Shown here: one piece after another, positions 12,081 through 24,956 of the stretch
How positions within the stretch are numbered: the stretch's first letter is position 1
How the letters are laid out: every line of letters begins with the position of its first letter
NCBI RefSeq assembly: GCF_006345805.1
Contig: NC_042997.1
Span: forward strand, 132,680,001 to 132,744,000
Direction of reading: 5' to 3'
From: Octopus sinensis
Lineage: Eukaryota
Length of the DNA: 64,000 nucleotides
Translations under genes and position numbers: made by a program
Notes under the pieces: generated by a model
Told to the model about the DNA's origin: nothing
The model's input: the letters and a program-made list of their open reading frames with translations, nothing else
Databases searched by the model: none

Positions 12081-12331
12081 ATATGCGCCCTTTTAAAGCC
12101 TAGCCAGGCTCATGGGCCTGGTTTCCCGGTTTCAATGGCGTATATGTTCCCAAGCTGGATGGGACGCCAGTCCATCGCAGCGTTACTCGTTTTTTGCCAG
12201 CTGAGTGGACTGGAGCAATGTGAAATGAAGTGTTTTGCTCAAGAACACAACGCGTCGCCCGGTCCGGGATTCGAAACCACAATCTTACGATCATGATGCT
12301 GACACCCTAACTACTAAGCCATGCGCCTCCA
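12081..12331 (-). mobile_element. tRNA-derived SINE family B (Meta/V-like core GCGATGGACTGGCGTCCC)
   Basis: Reverse complement is near-identical to 16476-16730. Confidence 0.85.
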
Positions 12332-12663
12332 TTGCTTAAAGTATAGCAATGTGAAATGTGTAAATGATATATTTAAACAATGCAGGTGAAAAGTTTGCGA
12401 AATATGTAAAGTGATGGAAACGAATGGAAAAAAAAAAGGATAATGTATTTCCTTGCATATGTTATTTAATGATTCCGGGAATGATTCCTTTTGTCAAATG
12501 AAAGAAGATCCTTTAAGGCAATCTAATATCTACGATTTGGTTTTATTTATTGGCATTACCACACATTAACTTCACACCGGCATTGCTTGAAGATATTTTA
12601 AAATATTTATTTCACTTATATTTAATTTCGTCTATCTTTGTTTTCAACTCCAGCGAAAGCTGA

Positions 12664-12669
12664 ATTCTT

Positions 12670-12702
<33 letters not shown>

Positions 12703-12788
12703 CTCCTCCTCCTCCTCCTCCTCCTCCTTCTTCTTCTTCTTCTTCTTCTTCTTCTTCTTCTTCTTCTTCTTCTTCTTCTTCTTCTTCT
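12664..12788. repeat. (TTC)n/(TCC)n microsatellite
   Basis: Seen directly. Confidence 0.95.
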
Positions 12789-12914
12789 CACAGTTTAATA
12801 AAATAAGTGCTTTTATTTATAAAATGATAGGATAGCATTTGACGGCTATGTGATGGCTATTGCTAGCAAAACGAATACAGAGATTCCGATTAAAATTGAT
12901 ACACGAAAAAGTGC

Positions 12915-13128
12915 GGGCTGGCAGAATAATTAAAGCTTCGTGCACAATGCTCTACGGTATTTTTCCGGCTCTTGAGGTTCTTGTTTCAAATCTCCCCAGG
13001 GTCAACTTTGTCTTTCGTCTTTCAGGGTCAATAAATTAAAGTACCAGTCAAATATTGTTCTTGAAAGTACCGACTAACCTCCTTCTGTAAAAAAAATTAC
13101 TGGCTTGTGCCTAAATCAGAAACCATTG
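12915..13128 (+). mobile_element. Degenerate Nin/Deu-like SINE
   Basis: GGGCTGGCAGAAT head and GTCAACTTTGTCTTTCGTCTTTCAGGGTCAATAAATTAAAGTACCAG core. Confidence 0.6.
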
Positions 13129-13158
13129 TATTAGCTACACAAGTTAGCAGGATTAGAG

Positions 13159-14142
13159 CAGTGGTACTCAAAGTGTTGGTGCGCGGACTGGTGCCGGTCT
13201 GCGAACCATCAGCTGCCGGTACGCGGTGAGTTTCCAGAAAAGAAAGAAACAATAATATAATTTTAGTAATTTCGCTCTATGCATCGTAGTTAACTGTTTA
13301 TCAACTGGCTGGTGGAGTTTGGTACTCACCGACCGTGGTAAAGATTGTGTAAGTAAATGTAGTATATTTGTGACATGACAATATCTATTATATAAAATCC
13401 GTTCTGTCTGTCTGTGTGTGTGTGTCTTGTAGAATCTCGTGCATCCTCCATCCGATTGCGCTCAAATTTGATATGTAGATACCGACAGTATCAAAAATAG
13501 ATTCCAGGTGAGAATACGATCGATAAAGCCGTGGGAACGTGCATTTGTACGCGCAAGTACATCAGCTGTTGCAATCGATACTACGCGTACGCGAGAAAAA
13601 TGCACGTGCAGTTTGCGCAAAAAAACCCCGGCTGGCTTGAAATAATATCACAAAATGCAGTATATTTAAGAGACCAAAATAGTAAGATGCAAAAGAGATA
13701 TTTTCTTCAAACTTGGCATGAAGGAAGGAAAGACTATTTGGTTTCTCAAGAAGTTTTTTTTTTTTTTGCTTTAACTTTCTCTCTTTATTTCTTCTTTTGC
13801 TGGTGTCTTAAATTTCGGTTAAATCAGTGTTTCTCAAAGGCCTATGGGACGGTCGGGCAAGCTGTTTTGAGAAAATTTGGTTTAAATGTTTGACAACTCA
13901 GCACCGGCCATTGGACGGGGGTGGGGTGGCTTTTGCTCGTATTTTCTATTTACCATAGCTTACTGGTGTAGCATTAAGTTTATATTAGTGTTTGCGCTTG
14001 TAGAAAGGAAGTTGTTTTTAGCGATGTGGAGAGATCAAAAGGAAGTGAGTTGAGCTAGTGGAGCTCTGGTAAGAAATATTACCGGTCCCTGGCACAAAAT
14101 GAAACTACTGGTACGCCACATCAGATAGTTTGAGAGGCACTG
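13159..14142 (+). mobile_element. hAT (Charlie-like) non-autonomous element
   Basis: TIRs CAGTGGTACTCAAAGT and reverse complement CAGTGCCTCTCAAACT. 8-bp flanks GATTAGAG and GGCTAGAG match at 6/8 and resemble NTCTAGAN. Confidence 0.6.
13384..13939 (+). mobile_element. Helitron-like non-autonomous element nested in the hAT
   Basis: 5' end A|TCTATTATATAAAA, (TCTG)n/(TG)n tract, GC-rich 3' segment ending CTCG|T (CTAG expected). Confidence 0.45.
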
Positions 14143-15421
14143 GGCTAGAGGATATATTGACCAAAATGCTTTAATAGCATTTTGTCTCACATCTCTACTT
14201 TTTTTTTTAGTTCAGTTCCTGCAAAAGGCGATCTTCATTATTCTTTTTTTCAGGAGCGATGAAATATGTAAGTACCAGTAATATACAACTATCGATTCAT
14301 GTAACTATGTCACTTTCCAATCAAATATTACTTTTGTGTCATGCGAATAAATAAATAGATATTTTCCTAAAGCAATTAAAATCTCTGAACCAACGAATGA
14401 GAGCACATGTACAAATTAGATCATTACAATAAAATTAATATGGTACATTTGGTGTGTAGTAATGGAATATCGATTCATCGGATTGTGTGTGCGCGCGCAT
14501 GTGTATGTGTGTGTATGTTTGTGTGAATATGATTGTGAGCGTATGATTGTGAATTTGTTAAGGATCTCTGTATGTATATCGACGTCTTCTGAGTATGTGT
14601 ATGCGAAAGCACATATCTGTACGAATATTTGTGCGTTTACGCGTTACGTTCGGAATATTCTTGTGACCGTGCATGTGTATTCACACGTTACGCCCTATAT
14701 GCCTCTGCGCACGTGTGTTTCTGCATTTGAGTGCATTATCATGAATTTGTAACTAGATTGCTATATGTACATCAACGTATATCTCTGTATATAAGAGTAT
14801 TTGAAAGTGCCTAATATTCATGTGTGAGTTGTGCGTGTGTGTATGTATATATATACAACAGAGTATATGAGTGCATATGAAATTCTGTGTGTGCTTCCGT
14901 ATTTATGTATAAAGTAATTTCTGTTGTATGAGTGTGTGTATATACGTCTCTTTGCATTTGTGTGCGCATGGACATTAATCTGGGACTGTAGTCGTACGTA
15001 TGTTGAAGTTTCTATATACATTAGTTGTGGCATGTTCTTGTTACAATAGATGTGCTTATGTACATATATTGAACAGAGAGACCATATATACATATGTACG
15101 CATAGCTATGTTTGTATGCATCAGTTTATGCTCTAACATTTATATATTTATGCGAGTGATGTAGGGCGTATAGATAAATACACGTTGGCACATCACTGTA
15201 TTCCTATTTATGTATGTATGTATGTATGTGATAATGTGTGAATGTGTGTGCGTGTGTGTGCTTATGTGTGTGCGTGTGAATTAGTTTCTATGTTATATAT
15301 GGATGTGTGAAACGTACATAAGTCCATTTTGTTCTGCCTAATTGCGACCTACATCAAACAGAGTGAATGAGAAATCCGATACCTAATAAAATTAATAAAA
15401 ATAACATTAATAATAATGGCG

Positions 15422-15438
15422 ATAGTAGTAGTAGTAGT

Positions 15439-15487
<49 letters not shown>
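15422..15487. repeat. (TAG)n microsatellite
   Basis: Seen directly. Confidence 0.95.
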
Positions 15488-15488
<1 letters not shown>

Positions 15489-15619
15489 TTAATAGCAGCT
15501 GCAGTGTATATATGTATGCATACATGTGTGTAAATCAAACCTGTATTTATACATACACATATGTATGTATACACATTCAATGTATATATGCAAATATATG
15601 TAGACATACACAATGCATA

Positions 15620-15664
<45 letters not shown>

Positions 15665-16030
15665 TATACGTATATATATATGCATATATATATATAACGT
15701 ATATATTTGCGTATATATGAATATATTTATATTATATATATATATATACACATAAATACATATACACGTGTATGTACATATATGTGTGTATATACATGTA
15801 GATGTATATATACGTATATATGTAGATATATATCTATAGATATATATATTATATATAATATATACATACATATATATATGGATATATTACGAGTATATAT
15901 GCGTATATTTATGTGTATATATCAATATATTTATGCATGTATATATGTATCTATATTATACTTACACATATATATATGCATTCATGTATATATTAATATA
16001 TATATATACATATATGTGTGTGTGTGTTTT

Positions 16031-16063
<33 letters not shown>

Positions 16064-16068
16064 GTATA

Positions 16069-16118
<50 letters not shown>

Positions 16119-16475
16119 CACACACACATATACATCTAATGAAAAGGTTAATACGATAAAAAAATCACACATAAAAAGCTATGTGCTAAAATGTCAGAAT
16201 TGGCAAGAGATTATTAGTACAAAGCAGATATGTTTTAGTAGAACAAGCTCTGTTATAATGATCTATTTAATGTGAAGAGTTATATCAATAGGGTTCACAT
16301 ATAATAATTTGATATAAATATATGTAAGCATTTATTGTTGCTGACTTACTAAACTGGCACGCGTGACAACATATGGTCACATATAGATGAACACTTTTGT
16401 ATGGGCACACATGTTATTAAGCATGTCACGAAACTGTGTGAATCTATGTTATATGTGTATGTATATAAACATACA

Positions 16476-16730
16476 GTGGAGGCGCATGGCTTAGTGGTTA
16501 GGGTGTCAGCATCATAATCGTAAGATTGTGCTTTCGATTCCTGGAGCGGGCGACGCGCTGTGTTCTTGAGCAAAACACTTCATTTCACATTGCTCCAGTC
16601 CACTCAGCGGGCAAAAATGAGTAACGCTGCGATGGACTGGCGTCCCGTCCAGCTGGGGGACACATACGCCATAGAAATCGGGAAACCGGGCCCATGAGCT
16701 TGGCTAGGCTTTAAAAAGGGCACATTTATT
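16476..16730 (+). mobile_element. SINE family B copy
   Basis: GAGGCGCATGGCTTAGTGG..GCGATGGACTGGCGTCCCGTCCAG..GGCTTTAAAAAGGGC. Confidence 0.85.
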
Positions 16731-16756
16731 ATTATTTTTTTTATATAAACATACCT

Positions 16757-17041
16757 GTGGAAGCGTAATGGCCCAGTGGTTAGGGCAGCGAATTCGCGGT
16801 TGTAGGATCGCGATTTCGATTCCCAGACCGGGCGTTGTGAGTGTTTATTGAGCGACAACACCTGAGGCTCCAGCAGGGGGTGGTGGCGATCCCTGCTGCA
16901 CTCTTTCACCACAACTTTCTCTCACTCTTTCTTTTGTTGGCCTGCTCGCGTCATTTGAAGGCTAAAACAATGTGAAGCACATGGTGACCAGCGATGTTTA
17001 GCAACACCTGATAGCCTGGTCGGTCACGGTGATCACGGTCA
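16757..17041 (+). mobile_element. tRNA-derived SINE, different body
   Basis: A box TGGCCCAGTGG and B box TTTCGATTCC. Confidence 0.6.
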
Positions 17042-17151
17042 TAAACATACGTATACTATATAACATATATATAAATGTATGTGTGTGCATGTATAGAAAC
17101 ACACACATATATAAATATATATTTATATACTACATATATTTATGCGTGTGT

Positions 17152-17410
17152 GTGAAGGCGCTTGGCTCAGTGATTAGAGCATCGGGCTCACAATCATGAG
17201 GTAGTGAGTTCGATTCCCGAACCGGGCTATGCGTTGTTTTCTTGACCAAGACACTTCCTTCATTTTATATTGCTCCGGATCACTCAGCCGCAGAAATACG
17301 TTGCGACGTTACTGGCGCCAAATTCTGTCGGCCTTTGCTTTTCTCTTGGATAACATCTCTGGGATGGAGAGGGGGTCATGCCAACCTGTCTTACACCTGC
17401 CTTCGTCTTT
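17152..17410 (+). mobile_element. tRNA-derived SINE, different body
   Basis: A box TGGCTCAGTGA, B box GTTCGATTCC, then CTTGACCAAGACAC. Confidence 0.6.
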
Positions 17411-18128
17411 CGCTTTTCTGTAAATTTCATCCATATACATACATACATACGTACATACATATATATAGTAGTGTTTCCTTGTTTATTGTATAGCCAGTAT
17501 TTTGAAGTGCTCAGATAAAAATCCCGGGATGCGAATTTATAAAAAAAATGTTACGGATAATTTCAGATAGGTTCAACAAGTTATTTATTCATATATTCTG
17601 CCATGGATCGATGTATATCAGTTTTTAAATATACCAAAGTATCAGTCATTAAAATATTAAAACATATTGAAAATCTATGAATACATAAATATATAAAGAT
17701 TTAATATTCATGTATAAATAGATGAGTGGAAATAGATTATAAAAGTGTAGATGTATAAAAGTACAGATGTATAGAAATATCGATGTATAAAAATATATTT
17801 AGAATTGCAATCATATTAAAAAGGCGTTGTAGAACAGCGTTGTAAAAATTATTTAAGAATAAAATGTGTCCTTACAAAATGTATGAAATAAAGTCTTCCG
17901 AAGAGCGAATAAAGAACATCGTAGCGTTGAGATTGGATTTTTTTCAAAAACATATGTAAATAATCTAAGAGAATAAGTAATCCTGTGTAGATAAGTTGTT
18001 GGTGGTAATCTTCATAAGACTGTTTCAGGGACACAGTAATCCATAGATTTTAAGGATATTTTCATTCCAAAAATTGGATACTGTCTCCTTCATCACAGAG
18101 TATATAATTCAGGAGTCGCATTTCGTGC

Positions 18129-18191
<63 letters not shown>

Positions 18192-18374
18192 GCATTTCGA
18201 TGCTGTACGCGATATAAATAAGAAATAGATCTCTCATTTCTAACAAGACGAGCAACCACATAGTGTGTCCTTCGTTCGACCTCTCCTATCGTTGGTTCTC
18301 CTATTTTAGTTTACCAACCAGATTTTATCTCTCTCGCTTCTCTCTGTTACTTTCTGTTTAGCTTACCGATTAGA

Positions 18375-18560
18375 CAGGGTCTGCCTCATTGGTTTGCATA
18401 TCAGATACAGCCTTACGAATTAGTTCAACGACCCGTTATAGTCTCCTTCATTTGCTCATTGACCAGAGAGCGATTCCTTCATTGGTTCAACAACCAGATA
18501 GCGCCTCCTCCATTGATTCGCCGAAGAGATAGGATCTTCCTGATTGACTCACAGTTGATT
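18375..18560. repeat. Diverged 31-bp minisatellite, 6 units
   Basis: An ATT(G/A/T)NYT anchor recurs at 18388, 18419, 18450, 18481, 18512 and 18543. Confidence 0.7.
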
Positions 18561-18674
18561 ACAGTCATTGTTATTGTCGTTGTTTCACTCTAGATCAGCA
18601 TTGATCGAACAGATCAATGATCAAATGCGCGTTAATCACGACTATCCAGCCGTTTGTTGGGGCATGTAAAACTA

Positions 18675-19235
18675 TAGGGTTGTCCGGAAAGTTCGTGCCG
18701 ATTTATAGTAGCTTACATTTCGACTTATTTTAGAACATGGTTGAGTCCATAACATAGGATTTGACTACACCTCCATTTAGAGCACAGTTTAAGCTATTTT
18801 TTTGTGGAAGAAGGTTCATGTTCCTATAACCTGTCTTAATTCTGTAACCCTTTAAAATGGATAAGACAGTTCATTTTTGGTACTTGATGCTTTGGGAGCC
18901 AGACAAAAATTGCCGCAGCTCGGCTGGGATGTGTTACCTCACCCTCCATATTCACCAGATAGTGCTCCTTCGGATTTCCACTTATTCAGGTCTCTGCAGA
19001 ATAGTCTTAATGGTAAAAATTTCAGTTCCTTGGATGACGTAAGAATGATACCTTGAATTCTTTGTCATGAAACCTCTTCAATTCTGGGAAGATGGTATTT
19101 TCAAGTTAAAGGAAAGATGGAGACGCATTGTGCAACAAAATGGTTCATATTTGGTTGATTAAAAATGTGATGGCAAGTATTTATTGACCTTTTTCTTTCC
19201 TTTAAAAATCAACACGAACTTTCCGGACAACCCAA
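18675..19235 (+). mobile_element. Internally deleted mariner (DD34D)
   Basis: TIRs T(A/T)GGGTTGTCCGGAAAGTTCGTG and TA TSD. Remnant reads PPYSPDSAPSDFHLFRSLQN..WRRIVQQNGSY. Confidence 0.9.
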
Positions 19236-19912
19236 TACATTATCCTTAATAGCTGTTCTTTCCCAAGAAAGTAGGATATGAGGTTAAGGCAGTTTTACTG
19301 CTATTTCTTGCAGATCAATCAACGACGTTGAAGCCCCTTCACGGCTTGTAAATACCTGTTCACTTGCTACAGAAAAATCAATCGACTGTAGCAATTACTT
19401 GAATATATTGATGTTATTACTCGACAATTCAAATTAATATTGATTTCTAATTCTAGCACAATGTCACAAATTGGTGAGACACGGAAGTTATTGAGTCAAT
19501 TCGATTTCAATGCATTATGAGTTCTTATTCTTTCTACCACAGAAAGATGAAAGCCAATGAAAATTCGGGCAGAATTTGAACTCAAAAGTTAAAAGAGCTT
19601 AGATATATAAACTCAGTCATGGCTGTGTGGTTAAGAAGCTCGCTTTACAATCACATGGTATTGTGTTCGGTTTCACTGTCCCACTGTCCAGCACCGTAGG
19701 CAAGTGTCTTCTTTATAGACCCGGTCATAGCAATGACCTGTGATTGAGACTGGTAAACGGAATCTATGTGAGGGCTTGCGCTGTATCGGGTTCGATATGA
19801 GAATTTCCAAGCAATTGTGTAAAAAAACTTTTTCGAAAGAAAGAAAAACAACATTATATATATATATATATCAAACAAAGACACGTACATGAACATTTTT
19901 GCCATATATATA

Positions 19913-20329
19913 GGCGTAGGAGTGACTGTGTGGTAAGCAGCTTGCTTGCAAACCACATGTTTCCAGGTTCAGTCCCACTGCGTGGAACCTTGGCCAAGTG
20001 TCTTCTACTATAGCCTCGGGCCGACCAAAGCCTTGTGAGTGGATTTGGTAGAAAGAAACTGAAAGAAGCCCGTCGTATATATATATATATGTGTATGTGT
20101 GTGTATATGTTTGTGTATCTGTGTTTGTGACCCCAACATCGCTTGACAACTGATGCTGGTGTGTTTACGTCCCTGTAACCTAGCGGTTCGGCAAAAGAGA
20201 CCGATAGAATAAGTACTAGGCTTACAAAGAGTAAGTCCTGGGGTCTATTTGTTCGACTAAAAGGCGGTGCTCCAGCATGGCCACAGTCAAATGACTGAAA
20301 GAAGTAAAGAGTGTAAAAGAATAAAGAGT
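19913..20329 (+). mobile_element. SINE family A copy (preceded by an older degenerate head at about 19615-19790)
   Basis: Head, core and tail present. Confidence 0.9.
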
Positions 20330-20332
20330 ATA

Positions 20333-20379
<47 letters not shown>

Positions 20380-20523
20380 ATTTACATGACAAAGGCCCCT
20401 TTGAATGAACAGTATTAAAATATGAACTCCTATCAGAATTTACATCCCATGGACAAAGACGCCTCTCTACCCATTCTACACACCACTTTCCTTAGATAAT
20501 AGAACTGCAACTGTAACATCCAA

Positions 20524-21330
20524 TATTGGAGATGGTCTAACGAATGGGACCTGTGTCTGAACGTGTCAAAGTGCTGTCATCTGCCTGTTGGCTCTTCTGC
20601 AACTCAACTTGATTTCGAGCCGGGTCGTCTGCTGCTGGAGAGGACCGACCAGGTAAAGGACCTGGGTATCTTGGTGGATTATTCCTTTTCGCCTTCGACC
20701 CAGTGCGTCCATGCTGCCAACAAAGCACGCGGAGTTCTGTTTTTGATTCGACGGTCATTCGGAATGCTCACAGCAGCCATATTCCTACCGCTCTATGTCA
20801 CGCTGGTGAGACCCATATTGGAGTACGGGATTCAAGCCTCTTCTCCTTATCTCCTCAAAGACATACAGTATCTCGAAAGAGTCCAGAAGCTGGCTACCCG
20901 CATGGTTCTTGGTCTCAAGCATTTGTCTTATGAAGAAAGGCTGAAGACGCTCGACCTTTATTCTCTAGAAAAACGACGACGCCGTGGTGATCTCATTCTT
21001 GCTCACAACATCATAAGCGGAAAGTGTAACCTCTCGAAAGAGCTGTTCTTCACTCCTGCTCCAGAGCGTCGGCTGCGGGGTCACTCCGAAAAGTTCTATC
21101 TGCGAGGATTTCATCTCAATCGAAGGAGAGGGGCTTTCTCCGTCTGGGTTGCGGATCCGTGGAATAAGCTGCTGGACGAGATGGTGAAGATGCCGACGAC
21201 CGCTCGTTTCAAAGTCTCCCTTGACTAGAAATGGCCTGAACTCTTTACATGAACACCACCCTGTACACAACTCCATGTCCCCCTACATGGCCTTGCTTTT
21301 TGCTTTTTGAGCCAAAAAATTAACTAACAT
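20524..21330 (+). mobile_element. CR1-clade LINE 3' fragment, family 1 with (TAAC)n tail
   Basis: ORF 20563-21228 contains VKDLGILVD..LVRPILEYG..LERVQKLATR..RRRGDLI. Confidence 0.9.
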
Positions 21331-21440
21331 ATATTTTTTTTTATTCTTATATTTTCCTTCATACTGCCTATATCTCTCCCTTTCCTAAATAACTTCCAAT
21401 ATTGAACTCTACTATTCCCTTTTATTTAACTCTCTCATAT

Positions 21441-21490
21441 CGTCCTCATGATGAGATATCCCTCTTATCCCCGAAACAGCTGTAAGACTA
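21441..21490 (+). ncRNA. Degenerate hammerhead motif
   Basis: aTGATGA-GATA tccctct TATC ccc-GAAAC AGCT GTA. Stem III is the palindrome ACAGCTGT; C3 is mutated. Confidence 0.4.
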
Positions 21491-21564
21491 CCTTTCTCTT
21501 TATAAATGTCCTACAAATTTCACACTGAATCGGCTTTGTTGTCTCATATCATTTAACGCGCGCA

Positions 21565-21606
<42 letters not shown>

Positions 21607-21608
21607 TA

Positions 21609-22836
21609 CAGGGTGGAGAAGGAACTAACATTTGAAACTCTCTCATTGCGTATCAATAGGTGTAATAATTCAAAAATAGGTTAATGACATTCACAAATAA
21701 TTACAAAACGAATGATTTATTCTATGTGGCTTCCATTGTTTGCAATTATGGCCTCTGCACAGCTCCGAAACCCCGCACAAATCTTCACTAGAAGTCACAT
21801 CTTGGCCCACTCATCATTGATGGCAACCTTCAGAGAGTAGGAGGTTTTGTTGATGGCATGCTCCAGGATGTCTCACTCAGCATAGTCCAGAGAATTGAGA
21901 TCCAAGATGGAAGAGGACCAGAAATCCATAGGCCAGGAAGCAGCAAATTTGGATTTGCAGAAATTCTGTACCTCCTTGGCACTATGGCTGGGAGTACTAT
22001 CCTGGGTTCACATATACGTATTTGCCCTCCGGGTGCTTGCAAGACGTGTTACCTCAGTGTCTTGAAGCAGGCATCAGCACCCACATTTTCTCCAGGCTTG
22101 TAGTGGTATATAGGCATCTTTCTTCCGTTGGAGGCCACAAGACCGAAGGTCATGACCTGGATATTTTGTTCTGAAGGTCCCCCTGGCGACAGTTGTTGAC
22201 TCCGCAATGCACCGTTCGTTTAGGCGGTTCACAACCGCATCCACTGTGAAGATATCGCCAGAGAAAATTTTCACAGGAGACTTCTTCTTCTTGAGGTATG
22301 TGAGAACCTTTTTGCACCTTTCCAATCTCCTGGCTTTCATGGGTTCGGTCAGCAGGTGTCTCGGTGTCTTGGTGCAATACACGAGGCTCAAGTCATCATT
22401 CACGTTTGTTCTGATGGTTTTGGTGTCCACTTCAAACTCAGAAGTCAGCTTCGTTATGGAAGCTTGGTCTGTTGAAATCTTTGGACTTGGGTGTTGATGA
22501 AGTTATTATTTCGCTTGCTGTTGGCCCTACCTATGCCAGACCTCCTCAGATGCCGTTGCCAACATCTATTCTCTTCTTGACGTTCTAAACTGTGCGTAAG
22601 GATACTCCAAATACGCTTGAGATCCTCTTCGGATCAACTTGTGCAAAGACCAAATCCCATACTTTCTGGCATTTGTCTTCCTGCGCAGTCATATTCTCCA
22701 ACATTCCTGCCAAAAAGGGTTTATTATTAGGTAACAATGTATTCTTTGTTCTGCATTAGGTTTCATATCATTTGGTGTTGTGGTTGCTAGGAAATATGAG
22801 TGTAACTTTTAATGCAAGTTTCGCATCTCCACTCTG
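21609..22836 (-). mobile_element. maT/Tc1-like (DD37D-type) transposon with pseudogenised transposase
   Basis: TIRs CAGGGTGGAGA and CAGAGTGGAGA with TA TSDs. Remnants PRHLLTEPMKARRLERCKKVL..VKIFS and FW..LDLNSLDY..IIANNGSHIE*. Confidence 0.8.
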
Positions 22837-22838
22837 TA

Positions 22839-22900
<62 letters not shown>

Positions 22901-22959
22901 TATATATATATATTGGTAACAAAGGGCCTTTCCATCAGAATGAAAGACAGATTGTATAA

Positions 22960-23330
22960 TACCTGCAGTCTGGGGAGATAATTGGCCAGATGTTAGGGGT
23001 GGTGTTGTCGGAGAAATTGCCTGACCGCTATGACTGGGTTCTGCTTTTGTGGCATAGGGTTTCCTGCTTTTGTGACATAGGGTATTCCAGTAGCCACACT
23101 CTTGACTCGAGGCAGCACTACTTCCTCCAGGCACTTGATATAGGCCTCCGTGTTGAGTCTGAGGCTATGTGGGAAGATGAATGGCGGCATAACGTCGCCA
23201 TCACTAAAGATGATTCCAAACACCATGATGTTGACTAGATGTTGGATTTTTATCACCCTCGGTACATGTCCTCTGATTGCACTGTCCTCAGATAGACACC
23301 CAAACACTCTGAAATGTTCGTATTGGAACT
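22960..23330 (-). mobile_element. Second maT (DD37D-like) transposase fragment
   Basis: IMVFGIIFSDGDVMPPFIFPHSLRLNTEAYIKCLEEVVLP..NIWP..SPD. Confidence 0.8.
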
Positions 23331-23547
23331 ACCGATGCAAATACCATGCAGTACAGCATGCTGTTTCCAAATTTCTGGCAGAGTGAATTGCGTCATGGTA
23401 CTGTTCTGATAGACGGTGCCCAACTAACTCTACTATACAGTATAGTCAACAAATTCGAAAATATATAATGTGCATGCGTAAAATAAAAAATATGTAATAT
23501 CGTCAATTTACCCATCGGACCTTGTATTATGTTTGTATGTATGTGTA

Positions 23548-23745
23548 TGTGATCTCGTGAAGACTACCTGCAATTTTTTTCCTCTGTCCTCCCGTCTCGG
23601 GATCTTTCTTTCTCCTATGTTTCCGACGAAGAGCTCCGCTCGAAACGTCATACCCTCCTTCTTCCATTTTCCCGAGCGCCTAATAATAATAATACTGTAA
23701 TTGTTCCACTTTGTTGTTTTTTTTCTGTTTTCCCGTTTGGATTAA
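23548..23745 (+). mobile_element. About 200-bp hammerhead-bearing repeat unit
   Basis: CCGACGA-A-GAGCTCCGCTC-GAAACGTC at 23623-23649; similar to 3360-3570. Confidence 0.65.
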
Positions 23746-23769
23746 CCTTATATATATATATATATATGT

Positions 23770-23821
<52 letters not shown>

Positions 23822-24435
23822 CAGAAAATGGAGTAAACTTAAGATCAACAAATCAATTGGGCCACATCTGTAGCTTATCATTTAATACAAAACATGACAT
23901 AACATATCATTTATGTGACATAATAATTCTTACGGTCGTTTCCGCTTCCGATGTCAGTCACTGCATATGAAAGAATTGTGAAAATAATAATCATCTTCAT
24001 AGGACATTCGAACTAGAACATGGAGCTTCATCGGAGTGAATACAAAAGCGTCCAAAAAATAAACAAAATAAAGAGGGAATAGGAAAGAAAATATGAGATA
24101 AAGCCTGGAGGCCTAATAAATTAAAATCATATATTGTACGAGCATAGTGTGCTTGCATACTCATGCCAGAGATTACACGGGCAACTAGTACCAATAGTAA
24201 ATATGGATATTTTATCCGTTAGTCGATTACTATAACCACTAAATTTGCTTACGTTTTATATATATATGTATATAAATTAAATTAGTTAAAGGACATATAA
24301 GTATGTCTGCCTGTTCGAATAACAGTCAAAATTCTTTTTTAAATCGCCAAAAATACACTGACGATAACTACAGAAATAAATCGAAAGTAGATTAGGTTAA
24401 TAAAGTCTCTTAATATGCATTTAATTATAAGGACT

Positions 24436-24506
24436 CACGTGGACCGGTTTCTGTATTGGCAAAATAAATAAATAAATATAAATTACCTTAGCTTCTTCAG
24501 TACGTG
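24436..24506 (-). ncRNA. Partly eroded hammerhead motif
   Basis: Reverse complement reads CACGTA-CTGAAGA..GGTAA..TTGCC..GAAAC CG GTC-CACGTG; palindrome ACCGGT. Confidence 0.5.
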
Positions 24507-24956
24507 TTATGAAGAAGAGAAAACCCCAACTACCCTTATTGGAATCTGCCCCGCAACTGATTCGTTATGCGCGGAAATCAAATTACATTCACATGTGAAA
24601 AATATACTCTCTATACAGGGGCAAACAATTTGCAAGAAAAAAATATAAATTCTCGGAAATTAATTTGCTAAGATATTTTTAAATTCGTTATCATCTGGAA
24701 TGACTATTGGGCCTGCGATCGCCTATGTTATTAATTCTGTTATTATCATTTTTTTAAAATAGTCATTCCAGATGGTGACAAAATTAATATCATAGCAAAT
24801 TAATAGTTTTCCCCTGTAAAGATATATATTATATATATATATATATAGTAACGTAGGCACCTATACGCAATACATACATACACACACATACACACGTATG
24901 TACGAGTATGTATGTATGTGTATATATATATATATATTATTATATATATATATATA

